A DNA stretch of 64,000 nucleotides from a bacterium (GCA_021786315.1 JAJYNN010000002.1:462997-526996); one strand, 5' to 3'. Positions 1 to 9,923 are shown, counted from the first letter of the stretch. The notes: generated by a model not told the origin, from the letters alone. Numbers and translations: made by a program.

Positions 1-11
1 TAATCTCGATT

Positions 12-263
12 GTGAATGTTGGTAATGGAGCCAATGTTCCCCGGGTTTTTGATGCTTTGGCTAAGGCTAATTCTCCGGCTGGGGTAAAAAAAGTTACCTG
101 GCTCATTGATGGAGCCCAAAAGAATGTCCAAACAGCGGAACCTTTTGCCCAGCATGTAGAGTTTGCTGCTGGTGATAAGGGCTCACACACCATCACGGTG
201 ACTCTGGAAGATAACAATGGTCAGACATATTCCGCTTCTATTGGGGTAACGGTAGCGCTGTAG
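12..263 (+). CDS. C-terminal fragment of a protein whose start lies upstream of the window; function unknown
   Basis: ORF open to the window edge; no recognisable motif. Confidence 0.3.
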   Translation: MNVGNGANVPRVFDALAKANSPAGVKKVTWLIDGAQKNVQTAEPFAQHVEFAAGDKGSHTITVTLEDNNGQTYSASIGVTVAL

Positions 264-317
264 AATTTTTAATTTTAAATTTAAAATTTTCAATAGAAAT
301 TGAAAATTAGTAACTAC

Positions 318-2030
318 TCACACAAATTCGGTTATGTCTATTTCGAATACAGCTACTCTTTTATCTATTCCAAATCTATTGATAATTCTGGGATGGGCTT
401 CGCCCATGGCACCGGAATTCATTTTAAGGAATCGGGTTGGATGAAATACTAACCTTTCTCTCCCATCCTGGCCGTTTTCTTGCAAAGTGATGTTCAAGTT
501 TAGGGCTTTTGCTGCTTTCTGCCAGATTACATGAAGTGTTTTTAATGGGTTATCTGTTCCGTCAGACAAAGCCGCTGATAAAACATACTTTTCTTCCGGC
601 CCGCTTTCGCCGGGAATATAAACTTTGCCAATCTCAAAAATTCCCACCTCGGACATATTCTTAAGGTTTTCCGCAACCTTTTCTACTAAATTAGGCATGA
701 TACTGTTCCTTAGGTATTCGGTTTCCACTGACATCGGATTGGCAATTTTTATTAATCTCTCTGTTGGAATCTCAAAGTTCTTGAGAATCTGGGTGGGAAA
801 AAAGGAATAGGTTTGGACTTCATCAAGCCCGCTATCTGCCAGCGCTTTTTTAAGACTATAGATCAGCTCAAAAAGGCTTTGGTCAACTTTTTCCGGCATT
901 TTACCGACAAGCTCTTTGGCTTTGATATTCTCATACCCATACATCCTGGCCACTTCCTCCACCACATCAGCTTCAATCTCAATATCCAACCTCCAATATG
1001 GGGGCTTTACGTTCACGCAAGGCGTCACCTTGCCGTGTAAGGCGTCACCTTGCACAGGCTCAGCAACTTGGAAGTGAAGTTTTTCTAAGGCTGATTTGAT
1101 ATAGGCAGAATCAATGTCTGCTCCTACGAGTGAGCGAAGTTTTTCTTCAGATACCAAAATGTTCCTTGGCTCCTCTTTAAGGTTATCAATGATTGTTACT
1201 GCTGTAAGTGTTCCGCCTAGACCTTCATACATCTTTATGGCGGCTTCCAGGGCCTCAAACAACCTCTTTTTTGTTAACCCGTGTTGAAATCTCCTGCTGG
1301 CTTCTGAAGGCAGGGCTAAACGTCCGGCTGTTCTTCTGATGGAAGTCGGATCAAAGATAGCTGCTTCCAAAAAGATGGTTGTAGTCGAATCGCTAATTTC
1401 ACTATCCTTACCTCCCATAACCCCAGCCAACCCCACGGCTTTTTCGGTATCGGCAATGACTAAATCCACAGGTTCCAAAACCCTTTTCTTGTGGTCCAAA
1501 GTTTCCAGCTCTTCCCCGACCCCGGCAGTTCGAACTACCAGAGTTTGGTCTTTCACTCTGGAAGCGTCAAAAGCATGCAATGGCTGGCCATATTCCAACA
1601 TAACCAAATTGGTAACATCGGCCACATTATTAATGGCCCGCATTCCGGAACTGGCTAATTTCTTAGCCCAATCTTTTTCAGAAGGGGCAACCTTTAATCC
1701 CTCAATTTTGGCAATACAATAAAGCGGAGCCAGATCCAAAGCTTCAACCTCGACTGGGGTTTCTGACAGTTTTTGGGTAACCCAGCGATAACTTGATTCT
1801 TCTGATTCAGTAAACGAAACCTCAGAATCAGTTAAAGCTGCTACCTCATAAGCTACACCCCGAAGAGATAAAAGATCGGGTCTGTTATAACCCTTTAAAT
1901 CCAGCTCAATGTGGTCCTCAGTTACTTCCCTGACTCCGCCCTGGATCCGGGAGTTTAAAAGTTCTGCCAACTTTTCATCAGAGACACTGATTTTTACTAA
2001 TTCTTTTAACCAATTTAGGGAAACTTTCAC
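318..2030 (-). CDS. pheT: Phenylalanine--tRNA ligase beta subunit (short CPR-type form)
   Basis: MGGKDSEISDSTTTIFLEAAIFDP B3/4-like and catalytic-like core motifs; 4-nt overlap with upstream pheS. Confidence 0.9.
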   Translation of the reverse strand: MKVSLNWLKELVKISVSDEKLAELLNSRIQGGVREVTEDHIELDLKGYNRPDLLSLRGVAYEVAALTDSEVSFTESEESSYRWVTQKLSETPVEVEALDLAPLYCIAKIEGLKVAPSEKDWAKKLASSGMRAINNVADVTNLVMLEYGQPLHAFDASRVKDQTLVVRTAGVGEELETLDHKKRVLEPVDLVIADTEKAVGLAGVMGGKDSEISDSTTTIFLEAAIFDPTSIRRTAGRLALPSEASRRFQHGLTKKRLFEALEAAIKMYEGLGGTLTAVTIIDNLKEEPRNILVSEEKLRSLVGADIDSAYIKSALEKLHFQVAEPVQGDALHGKVTPCVNVKPPYWRLDIEIEADVVEEVARMYGYENIKAKELVGKMPEKVDQSLFELIYSLKKALADSGLDEVQTYSFFPTQILKNFEIPTERLIKIANPMSVETEYLRNSIMPNLVEKVAENLKNMSEVGIFEIGKVYIPGESGPEEKYVLSAALSDGTDNPLKTLHVIWQKAAKALNLNITLQENGQDGRERLVFHPTRFLKMNSGAMGEAHPRIINRFGIDKRVAVFEIDITEFV

Positions 2031-3082
2031 GATTTTTCCTCCTCATATTTTAAAAGTTTACTTAAATCCCCGCTTAAGAAAGTCCGGATATCATCAATCC
2101 CATACTTGAGCATTAAAATCCGGGAAGGTCCAAAACCCCAGGCAATTCCCGAATATTCTTCCGGATCAACGCCGCCATTTCTTAAAACTGTGGGATGGAT
2201 CATTCCGGCACCTGCCAACTCCAGCCAACCGGCAAAACCGCAAATCTTACAGCCCTTGCCCTCACAAAAGATACATTCGCCGTCTACTCCCACTCCCGGT
2301 TCAACGAAGGGATAGTACTTTGGCCGCATCCTGACCTTGATGTCTTTGCCGAAGATAGTCCTAAGGAAATATTCTGACAAATACTGCAAATTTGCCATGC
2401 TTAAGTTTTTATCCACATAAACAATTTCAAATTGCTCAAAGGTGTGTTCGTGGCGGGCATCCAAATTTTCGTAGCGGAAACAGCGGCCGATATTCATCAT
2501 CCTGATAGGCAGCTTATTTTCCCTCATAATCCTGACCTGGGAATTAGAAGTGTGAGTCCTCAGAAGCATCTTTCCCGGCTGGATCCCAAACTTTTCACTG
2601 TCTATATACATAGTGTCCCAAAGATCACGGGCCGGATGGTTTTCCGGGATGTTCAATAAACCAAAATTAAATTCGTCGGTATCTATGTGAGGTGCATCAA
2701 ATCTTTGGAAACCAAGCTTTTCAAAAAGCTCCACCACTTCTTTTTCAAAGGTAGTAAAGACGTGCAAATGGCCTTTTTTATCAAGTGGTTTGCCACCTTC
2801 AAGATCTAACTTCTCATTTTCCAGAAGCCGGTAACCTTCTTCCCGGATTCCTTCTCTTCTGGCTTCAATAACTGTTTCCAGCTCTTTCTTAATTTGGGCC
2901 AAAAGCGGGGCAACTTTGGGTAACTGGTCCTTGGGAAGATTGGGGAACTCTTTGGTGGCCAAAGTTATTTCCCCATTTTTACCAAAAAGAGCCAAAAAAA
3001 TCTCATCAAGATCTTTTAAATTTTTAGCTTTGGCAACCTTTTCTAAATAAGTATTTTTAATTTGTAATAACTTCTCTTCCAT
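2027..3082 (-). CDS. pheS: Phenylalanine--tRNA ligase alpha subunit
   Basis: Class II aaRS motifs: FRYENLDARHEHTFEQFE, RPKYYPFVEPG, GWLELAGAGMIHP. Confidence 0.9.
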   Translation of the reverse strand: MEEKLLQIKNTYLEKVAKAKNLKDLDEIFLALFGKNGEITLATKEFPNLPKDQLPKVAPLLAQIKKELETVIEARREGIREEGYRLLENEKLDLEGGKPLDKKGHLHVFTTFEKEVVELFEKLGFQRFDAPHIDTDEFNFGLLNIPENHPARDLWDTMYIDSEKFGIQPGKMLLRTHTSNSQVRIMRENKLPIRMMNIGRCFRYENLDARHEHTFEQFEIVYVDKNLSMANLQYLSEYFLRTIFGKDIKVRMRPKYYPFVEPGVGVDGECIFCEGKGCKICGFAGWLELAGAGMIHPTVLRNGGVDPEEYSGIAWGFGPSRILMLKYGIDDIRTFLSGDLSKLLKYEEEKS

Positions 3083-3121
3083 CTTGGGTTAAATTCTAAC
3101 ATAGAAGCCAGGAGTTGGAAA

Positions 3122-3562
3122 TCAGGGCCTGAATTTGGAGTTTCGTTTGACAAGTTTGGCGTTATAAACAATTTCCCTGACTTCCCCATCTTCCCCTTCA
3201 ATCTCGTTAGCCCCAGACATTCTTCTGAACTCTTGCAGGTAATCCGACAAAGCGGCTTTAAGCTCTTTGACCTCAGATCTTAAGCTTTTAACCTTTTCCG
3301 CCAGCTCAAAAACCTGGGGCTGTTTCATAATCTCTGCCCGGGTGGCAGATTTGATTTTTGCAGCTTCTTTGGCGGCCTCGGAGTGCGCCCGGTAAGTTTC
3401 ATCGTTTTCAAAGATGTCATCCAGCATCTCCTTGTGTTTTTTGGCTTCTTCGGAAATCCTATCAATACTCGAAACGTGGTTTTTAATCATCTGCTCAAGA
3501 TTGATGATAATAGCAGCCTGACTGGTGGTGTCAGCGGTTTGATTTACTTGTTCTTCGTCCAT
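3122..3562 (-). CDS. Hypothetical coiled-coil protein inserted between rplT and pheS
   Basis: ORF only; charged and helical, no motif recognised. Confidence 0.4.
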   Translation of the reverse strand: MDEEQVNQTADTTSQAAIIINLEQMIKNHVSSIDRISEEAKKHKEMLDDIFENDETYRAHSEAAKEAAKIKSATRAEIMKQPQVFELAEKVKSLRSEVKELKAALSDYLQEFRRMSGANEIEGEDGEVREIVYNAKLVKRNSKFRP

Positions 3563-3608
3563 GACAATCTAATATAGCGGAATTTTCCTGGTAAAAACAA
3601 GAGGGAAT

Positions 3609-3953
3609 TTATTTTGACTCGGAGATGACTTGCTTGAAGGCTTCGAGGTCGTGGGCGGCCAACTCAGCAAGCATTTTTCTGTTTAAGAGAATATTTTTCT
3701 CTTTCAGGGCAGCCATAAATTTGGAATAAGATAGGCCCTCGTTATTTAAGGCAATCCCCATTTGGGTAATCCAAAGTTTACGCATATCCCTTCTTCTTTG
3801 GCGGCGTCCGGCCAAGGCGTATTGACCAGCGTGCAAGCTGGCGGACTTTCCCTCTTTGATGAGCTTGCTGCGGCCACCTTGATAGCCCTTGGTAAGCTCG
3901 TGTAATTTTTTATGTTTTCTGTGTGCGGTCATGCCGCGTTTTACTCTAGCCAT
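3609..3953 (-). CDS. rplT: 50S ribosomal protein L20
   Basis: MARVKRGMTAHRKHKK...GQYALAGRRQRRR typical of L20. Confidence 0.9.
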   Translation of the reverse strand: MARVKRGMTAHRKHKKLHELTKGYQGGRSKLIKEGKSASLHAGQYALAGRRQRRRDMRKLWITQMGIALNNEGLSYSKFMAALKEKNILLNRKMLAELAAHDLEAFKQVISESK

Positions 3954-3957
3954 CTCT

Positions 3958-4026
3958 TGAATTTAGAATGCAGAATTTAGAATGCAGAATTAAATTCATA
4001 ATTCATTATTCTTAATTCCTAATTCG
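3958..4026. repeat. Imperfect tandem heptamer array (GAATTNN-type) in the rpmI-rplT intergenic region
   Basis: tgaatttagaatgcagaatttagaatgcagaattaaattcataattcattattcttaattcctaattcg. Confidence 0.6.
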
Positions 4027-4176
4027 TCTTTCCTCCTTTTCCTCTTACCTTTAACAGGTTAGTTATTTTACCATACCAGGAGCCTGATCTGTTGATTTGG
4101 GAATAAGTTTGGGCTCCCCGGTTTCCGGACATCGACCTGTTGGATTGTCGGAAATTGCGGACAGTTCTCCCCATTT

Positions 4177-4374
4177 TTACTTCCCCAGCATCCTCCTGAT
4201 ACTTTTTTCAATAGTTTTAGAAAGCTGGACAGGAACATGATGCCGTCTTAGCGCTTCGGCGCTTTTGTTTCGGCGTAAATGTCCGGAACGGAGTTGATGT
4301 GAACGCATAATCTTTCCGGTTCCGGTAATCTTAATTTTTTTCAATAATGTTTTTCTGGTTTTAATCTTTGGCAT
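4177..4374 (-). CDS. rpmI: 50S ribosomal protein L35
   Basis: MPKIKTRKTLLKKIKITGTGKIMR typical of L35. Confidence 0.9.
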   Translation of the reverse strand: MPKIKTRKTLLKKIKITGTGKIMRSHQLRSGHLRRNKSAEALRRHHVPVQLSKTIEKSIRRMLGK

Positions 4375-4441
4375 ATTTTTCTTTGGACAGATCCGGACAT
4401 ATCTTTAGGGAAATATCTAGTTTACTTCCCGGATCGTCCAT

Positions 4442-4978
4442 TCATGTCTCTTCCTTACTGCCCTGCTGGTTATTTTTTGCAGGACTTACTATTGTTGTTA
4501 AATTTCTCCCCTCAAACTTGGTTTCCCTTTCAATAACCACCTTATCCCCTAAGAAAGCCAGCGCCTGGGTAACTACCTGATGTCCGGCTTCCGGGTGGGC
4601 CATTTCCCTACCCTTAAACTTGACTGTCAGTTTTACCCTGTCACCGTCTTCCAGAAAGCCCACTGCTCTCTTTAAGCGCACTTCCAAATCGTGTTGAGCA
4701 ATCCGAGGAGAGAGCCAAATCTCTTTTAATTCCACTTCCCTGGCATGCTTTTTAGCAGCTTGCTCTTTCTTTTCTTCCTTATACCTAAACTTTTCAAACT
4801 CAACAATCCTGGCTACCGGAGGCTTTGCCTCAGGTGCAACCTCTACCAAATCCAAACCTTGTTCTTCGGCAGTTTTTATTGCTTCCTCGCGACTTAGGAT
4901 TCCAAGTTGGGTGCCGTCGGCATTAATTACCCGAAGCTCTGTCGCCTGGATTCTGTCGTTGATTCGGTAATATTTAAT
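4442..4978 (-). CDS. infC: Translation initiation factor IF-3 using a non-AUG (ATT, or the adjacent ATA at 4981) start
   Basis: ORF-track Met begins mid-protein (MDLVEVAPE). The same frame read upstream gives IKYYRINDRIQATELRVINADGTQLGILSREEAIKTAEEQGLDLVEVAPE, the IF-3 N-domain. It is preceded by the stop TAA and a GGAGGG RBS. AUU start is the known infC autoregulatory feature. Confidence 0.85.
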   Translation of the reverse strand: MKYYRINDRIQATELRVINADGTQLGILSREEAIKTAEEQGLDLVEVAPEAKPPVARIVEFEKFRYKEEKKEQAAKKHAREVELKEIWLSPRIAQHDLEVRLKRAVGFLEDGDRVKLTVKFKGREMAHPEAGHQVVTQALAFLGDKVVIERETKFEGRNLTTIVSPAKNNQQGSKEET

Positions 4979-5018
4979 TATTTATTTCCCTCCATTTCGA
5001 AAAACTCAACAAGCAATA

Positions 5019-6854
5019 TTAGCACAGGTTAGCTTTAGATTCAATCTTAGATTTTATATCCTTCAAAAATTCCTCAAAACCGACAGCGCCCAAGTCTTTG
5101 CCATCCCGGGTGCGGACGGCAACTTTACCCTCTTTTTCTTCCCGGTCTCCCACGATTAACATATAGGGAATCTTTTGCAGCTGGGCATCCCGGATCTTGG
5201 CCTGCATCTTCTCTGGCCGGGAATCGAGCTCGGCCCGGATATTTGAGGACTTTAATTGTTCGAGTAATTTTTGTGAATATTCCAGGTTCCTATCGGTAAT
5301 GGGTACAATTTGTACCTGGATTGGTGAAAGCCAGACCGGAAAAGCCCCGCCAAAATGCTCAAGCAGGAAACCGGCCATTCTTTCATGCGACCCCAAAGGA
5401 GCCCGGTGGATAATGTAAGGCATTTTTTCCTTTCCACCTTCGTCAATATAGGTTAAGTTAAATCTTTGTGGCATATAAAGGTCAAGCTGGGTGGTTCCGA
5501 TGGCGTACTCCTTGCCAATTGATGACTTAATGTAGATATCGAGCTTGGGACCATAGTGGGCAGCTCCGCCCTCTTCAATGACGAACTTAATTCCAGCCTT
5601 CTCTACAGCTTCTTTGGTGAGTTTTTCTGCTTCATCCCACATTTTGTCATCGCCATGGTACTTTTTGCGCAGATTTTTGGGATCCCTAACCCCAAGCACT
5701 GCCCACCATTCTTTAATACCCAGTTGGTCGTAGTAGTATTGGTGCATGTTCAAAACCGAGATAAACTCCTCCACTGCCTTTTCCGGTTGGACATAAATAT
5801 GGGCATCATTTTGGCAAAATCCCCTGACCCTCATTAGCCCATGGAGTGTTCCCGATCGCTCAAAACGGTACACTTGCCCGTATTCGGCGATTCTTAGGGG
5901 GAGTTCGCGGTAACTTCTGAGCTTACTTTTATAAATCATGTGGTGATGAGGGCAATTCATCGGTTTGAGGTAATACTTTTCCCCTTCGATATCAATTGGC
6001 GAATATAAATCCTCGGCATAGTATGGAAGATGCCCGGAAATTTTATAAAGGTCTTCCTTAGTGATATGCGGCGTATAAACCCTTTGGTAACCCCACTTAT
6101 TCTCGGTTTCCTTCGCCCAGTTTTCTATTTGCTCGCGGATAATTGTTCCTTTGGGAAGCCATAGTATCAAGCCTGCTCCAATCTCATCGGAAATGGTAAA
6201 GATTCCTAGTTCCTGGCCTAGTTTACGGTGGTCCCGTTTCTTGGCTTCCTCAAGCATATTCAGATATTCCTCCAGTTCTTCTTTGGTGGGAAAGACTGTT
6301 CCGTAAATCCTGGTCAACATCTTATTTTTTTCGTTCCCCCTCCAATAGGCTCCGGCAATAGAGAGAAGCTTAAACGGGCCAATTTGGGTAGTGTTTTCTA
6401 TATGTGGACCACGGCACAAGTCAGTGAAGCTGTCTAGCTTATAAAAACTGACACTTTCAACCTGGCTTACATTTGGTAGACGTTCTTCAGTGTCTAACTT
6501 TTCCAGGTCTTCTACTTCGGTATGGCCAGTTTCTTTAAGGTGCTCAATAAGTTCAGCTTTATAGAGTTGCCCCTCATTTTTCACAACATCCAAAGCCTTA
6601 TCGATTGGCATTTCCGATCTCTCAAAAGAAAGATTTTGTTTTTGGAGTTGCCTCATCTTTTCCTCGATCTTGGGAAGGTCTTCCTCAGTGATTGCCTTAG
6701 GGAGATCAAAATCGTAGTAGAAACCGTTCTCGATAACCGGGCCAACTCCAAATTTTGTACCTGGATAAAGCTCGTTGACTGCCGCAGCCAAAAGATGGGC
6801 AGTACTGTGACGCATTTTATTTAATTGTTCTTGTTTTTTATCGTCCATATGCAA
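5019..6854 (-). CDS. thrS: Threonine--tRNA ligase
   Basis: HSTAHLLAAAV editing-domain motif, class II core (FERSGTLHGLMRVRGF), C-terminal anticodon-binding domain. Confidence 0.9.
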   Translation of the reverse strand: MHMDDKKQEQLNKMRHSTAHLLAAAVNELYPGTKFGVGPVIENGFYYDFDLPKAITEEDLPKIEEKMRQLQKQNLSFERSEMPIDKALDVVKNEGQLYKAELIEHLKETGHTEVEDLEKLDTEERLPNVSQVESVSFYKLDSFTDLCRGPHIENTTQIGPFKLLSIAGAYWRGNEKNKMLTRIYGTVFPTKEELEEYLNMLEEAKKRDHRKLGQELGIFTISDEIGAGLILWLPKGTIIREQIENWAKETENKWGYQRVYTPHITKEDLYKISGHLPYYAEDLYSPIDIEGEKYYLKPMNCPHHHMIYKSKLRSYRELPLRIAEYGQVYRFERSGTLHGLMRVRGFCQNDAHIYVQPEKAVEEFISVLNMHQYYYDQLGIKEWWAVLGVRDPKNLRKKYHGDDKMWDEAEKLTKEAVEKAGIKFVIEEGGAAHYGPKLDIYIKSSIGKEYAIGTTQLDLYMPQRFNLTYIDEGGKEKMPYIIHRAPLGSHERMAGFLLEHFGGAFPVWLSPIQVQIVPITDRNLEYSQKLLEQLKSSNIRAELDSRPEKMQAKIRDAQLQKIPYMLIVGDREEKEGKVAVRTRDGKDLGAVGFEEFLKDIKSKIESKANLC

Positions 6855-7018
6855 AAAAATCCCCTCTGATCAACTTGATCATCAGGGACCCTAGATAGGA
6901 TGGTTCCACCCCGAAATTATACTTTTTGATCTGTTTCGTAGATCACCCGGGAAACTCCAAAGTTGGTGAGGCTTTTTCAACGCTTCTGAATAAATTGTAG
7001 GGCTGGCTTGAGTTCTTG

Positions 7019-7261
7019 TCAAATGATTGGCTGGTTGACTCCGGAAAATTGGCCCAAAAATGCTCCGATAGCTGCAAACACTCCGATGGTTTTTAGGAAG
7101 TAACCAATTATGGCCACGACCACCGTGGCTCCCACAACTGACCCAAAACCCCAGGCAAGGCCACCCAGGAAGTTATTTGCCATAATTTGCTTACGGCTAA
7201 GGTGAAGGTTAGTGGTTAATGGCCGTTCAAATGGCTGGGTCATATATCCATTTAACCACAA
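7019..7261 (-). CDS. Small membrane protein, unknown function
   Basis: Two hydrophobic helices with G/A-rich TM segments. Confidence 0.4.
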   Translation of the reverse strand: MWLNGYMTQPFERPLTTNLHLSRKQIMANNFLGGLAWGFGSVVGATVVVAIIGYFLKTIGVFAAIGAFLGQFSGVNQPII

Positions 7262-7435
7262 CTTGAGGTATCTGTGAAGATGGAGTAAAATGCGTGGGAT
7301 AAGGGATAAGTATTATGGAATATGGGTTCGAAAGATTTTTGTCCCGTAATACATACTACATGCCCCATTTCCCAAATAAAAAGGGCACTTTAAGTAGTTA
7401 TACACACGAAGCGTGGAACTACTGCAAGTGATCAA

Positions 7436-7511
7436 GGGCACTTAGCTCAGTTGGTAGAGCGTCTCATTGACGTTGAGAATGTCGGGGATTCGAGTTCCTC
7501 AGTGCCCACCA
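7436..7511 (+). tRNA. tRNA-Val (anticodon GAC), CCA encoded
   Basis: GGGCACT/AGTGCCC acceptor, D-arm GCTCAGTTGGTAGAGC, anticodon loop TTGACGT, T-arm GGGGATTCGAGTTCCTC, ends ACCA. Confidence 0.85.
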
Positions 7512-7514
7512 AAC

Positions 7515-8219
7515 TTAGGTAGGTTGTTGCATATTCCGGTTTTCACCGTCGCGCAGCATATCCGCTCCGGACACCGGTTTTTGAACTTCTTCTGTTTTTT
7601 GCTGTTCCTGAATCTCCTCGATTTTATCTTCTTCTGCCCTGACAGATTGGTCTAAATCAATAGCATCTTTGACTCCCAGCGCTGCCTTAAAATTGGCTTG
7701 CCTGTTGAGCCTTCTGTTTTTCTCGTCTTCCGACATAGCAGCCACCTTTTCTCCGCCTACCCGAAAAACGTCTTTCAGAAGCCTTTCGTTGGTGATCTCG
7801 ACTTTTTTGGCTTCGGTAGTAGAAAACTGCTCCCTAACCCTGGCAAAATTAACAGTTTGCTCCTGCTTTTTGGCATTATCTTCTGAGGTAGAAGGTTTTT
7901 CGGGTTTAGCACCCTTTCCTAAAACATCCTCTTTAATTAAGCTAAAGAGGTCTCCGGTTATTTCGACGGCAGCTTTACCAGTTTCTTCAGCAATTTTAAC
8001 TGTACCGGATACAATATTATCCCCCATGGGAAGTGATCCCAGGAATACACTAGGTATAGTAGTTCTAATTGGTTCATAAGCTTCTGAACTTGAGGGAATT
8101 TGGCCAAAATCCTCTTCTCTTTCGTATTGAGCCTCAAAAGAAGCAAAGCCACCTATCGGTCTGACCCGGTTTTGGTTTACCTTCTCTTTTGTCTGATTAC
8201 TAGCTGTTTGGTTTGACAT
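7515..8219 (-). CDS. Hypothetical charged (K/E-rich) protein
   Basis: ORF only. Confidence 0.4.
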   Translation of the reverse strand: MSNQTASNQTKEKVNQNRVRPIGGFASFEAQYEREEDFGQIPSSSEAYEPIRTTIPSVFLGSLPMGDNIVSGTVKIAEETGKAAVEITGDLFSLIKEDVLGKGAKPEKPSTSEDNAKKQEQTVNFARVREQFSTTEAKKVEITNERLLKDVFRVGGEKVAAMSEDEKNRRLNRQANFKAALGVKDAIDLDQSVRAEEDKIEEIQEQQKTEEVQKPVSGADMLRDGENRNMQQPT

Positions 8220-8352
8220 ATCCTAGACTTTGGGCAGTCTTTTATGTCTTTCTTAGCCTCATAGTGTATCACTTTGGAGGTGGAAGTCAAATGAGTCTTC
8301 TCACACATTAAGGAAAACTACCAGGCTTTTATCCGGTTTAGCCGATAACTAT

Positions 8353-8895
8353 CTATTGCTTAAGTTTTGTTGAAGTTTTGTAAACAGCCCAAGCTGCAAG
8401 CGATGAAGAATTCTTAAACTGGTTGTCCTTAATAAGCTGATCAATTTCCCTTTCTGACAACCAATGAGATTCTATTTCCTCCTCCTTGTCTAATTTTATT
8501 TGTCCCTTTTCTAGATCTTCTCCCAGAAAAACGTCAACTTTTGTTTCAGTCCGTCTGATATTTGAATAGAAATTTCCAAGGAGAGTTAGTTTGCCTACCT
8601 TAATTCCCGTTTCTTCCTCTAATTCACGACTAATTCCGGTTTCAATATTTTCTGATATTGGTACAAACCCTCCCGGAAATAAGTAAAACCATTCATTAGT
8701 GACATAAAAATATTCCTTAATCACTAAAATTTTGTCGTTTTTATCCCTGGCAATAACAGTTGGAGCATCTCCTCTATATTCAAATCGAAGGTAGCTAGTC
8801 TTTTCGCCATCCGGCAGCTCAACCTTGTCTTCCACAACGGTGAGTCTGGGATGATTAAGAATTTTTCTAGTTGATAAGCGCTTCCACATACACAC
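8353..8895 (-). CDS. NUDIX hydrolase
   Basis: Nudix box GGFVPISENIETGISRELEEETGI. Confidence 0.8.
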   Translation of the reverse strand: MCMWKRLSTRKILNHPRLTVVEDKVELPDGEKTSYLRFEYRGDAPTVIARDKNDKILVIKEYFYVTNEWFYLFPGGFVPISENIETGISRELEEETGIKVGKLTLLGNFYSNIRRTETKVDVFLGEDLEKGQIKLDKEEEIESHWLSEREIDQLIKDNQFKNSSSLAAWAVYKTSTKLKQ

Positions 8896-9034
8896 TAGTA
8901 TACAGAATAAGGCATTCTCAGCAAACTACGCAAAAGAATTGAGGAAAATAGTTGAAGCTAAAAGTGATCATAAAAATTTAGTTTGATCAAAAAAGGCGAT
9001 AAACTAACAAAAACCAAACTTGATTTTTCCGCGG

Positions 9035-9117
9035 TGCCCAGGAGAGGACTTGAACCTCCACGCCATTGCTGGCAATAGGTCCTAAACCTATCGTGTATAC
9101 CATTTCACCACCTGGGC
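9035..9117 (-). tRNA. tRNA-Leu (anticodon TAG), long variable arm
   Basis: RC reads GCCCAGG..GTGAAATGGTATACAC..ATAGGTTTAGGACCTAT..long arm..GGAGGTTCAAGTCCTCT..CCTGGGCA. Confidence 0.8.
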
Positions 9118-9146
9118 TTCTTTCGTATTTTATCAAAAAAGGGATA

Positions 9147-9923
9147 TTAACTAAACCTGGAGACTGCAGCCTGGTGGGCTTGGTTTTCTAAAGTATCATC
9201 CAAAGGTTCAAGTTTGATCTCTTTTCCATATTTTACTTCCAGGGCTTTTTTCAGCAACCAATCAGCAAGTTTGGGGTTTTTAGGCAGGAGTGAGCCGTGC
9301 ATGTAGGTGCCAACAGCATTCTTGTGGATACAGCCTTCGCTTTTGTCTTCCCCATTATTCCCGTGTCCTTTAACAACTGTACCTAAAGGTTTTGCCCCAT
9401 CTTTAAGATAGGTTTTTCCGGAATGGTTCTCAAAGCCTACAAGTGAATTAGGAATTAAGAATTTGGAATTATGAATTTCTTCGTTTTGCATTCTGAATTC
9501 TGCACTCTGAATTCGGATAACTATATTCCCGATCATCCGGTCAAAGCTGGCTTTGGTATAGGCCGGGAATAACCCTACTCCCGGAAGTTTTGGGCCTTCA
9601 TGCGGCTGGTAATAATCCCCCAATAGCTGATACCCCCCACAAATAGCCAGTAGCGGCACTCCTCTTTCTGCCTCTTCTTTAATAACCTTACCCTTACCAC
9701 TTTGTCCCAGATCCTTGGCTACTAATTCTTGGGCCTGGTCCTGGCCTCCTCCGAAAAAGAAAATATCCACATCCCCTTTCTTGAGCTTATCTCCTACTGA
9801 AATATGCCTGATTTCTACTTCAATCCCCCTCCACTGGGCCCGTTTCGTAAGGGTAATAATATTCCCGGTATCACCATAGATGTTCATTAAATCTGAATAA
9901 AGATAACCAAGGGTAATTTTCAA
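9147..9923 (-). CDS. gatD: Lipid II isoglutaminyl synthase glutaminase subunit GatD (CobQ-type GATase), TTG start
   Basis: GATase triad context AICGGYQLLG; adjacent to murT; carries an in-frame heptamer-repeat insert (EIHNSKFLIPNS). Confidence 0.8.
   Translation of the reverse strand: MKITLGYLYSDLMNIYGDTGNIITLTKRAQWRGIEVEIRHISVGDKLKKGDVDIFFFGGGQDQAQELVAKDLGQSGKGKVIKEEAERGVPLLAICGGYQLLGDYYQPHEGPKLPGVGLFPAYTKASFDRMIGNIVIRIQSAEFRMQNEEIHNSKFLIPNSLVGFENHSGKTYLKDGAKPLGTVVKGHGNNGEDKSEGCIHKNAVGTYMHGSLLPKNPKLADWLLKKALEVKYGKEIKLEPLDDTLENQAHQAAVSRFS
9446..9512. repeat. Heptamer array inside gatD coding sequence (in-frame)
   Basis: ggaattaagaatttggaattatgaatttc ... attctgaattctgcactctgaattcgg. Confidence 0.6.

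Noticed and set aside
625-2659. Numerous 60-130-aa ORFs nested antisense or out of frame inside pheT, pheS, thrS, murT, the GT genes and others
   Set aside because: They are wholly contained in longer, motif-supported genes on the other strand or frame and show no independent evidence.
7515-7600. CCGG-ACA-CCGG plus T5 hairpin after tRNA-Val(GAC) as a terminator
   Set aside because: The stem is only 4 bp and lies inside the C-terminal coding region of the 7515..8219 ORF, so it is too weak to call.
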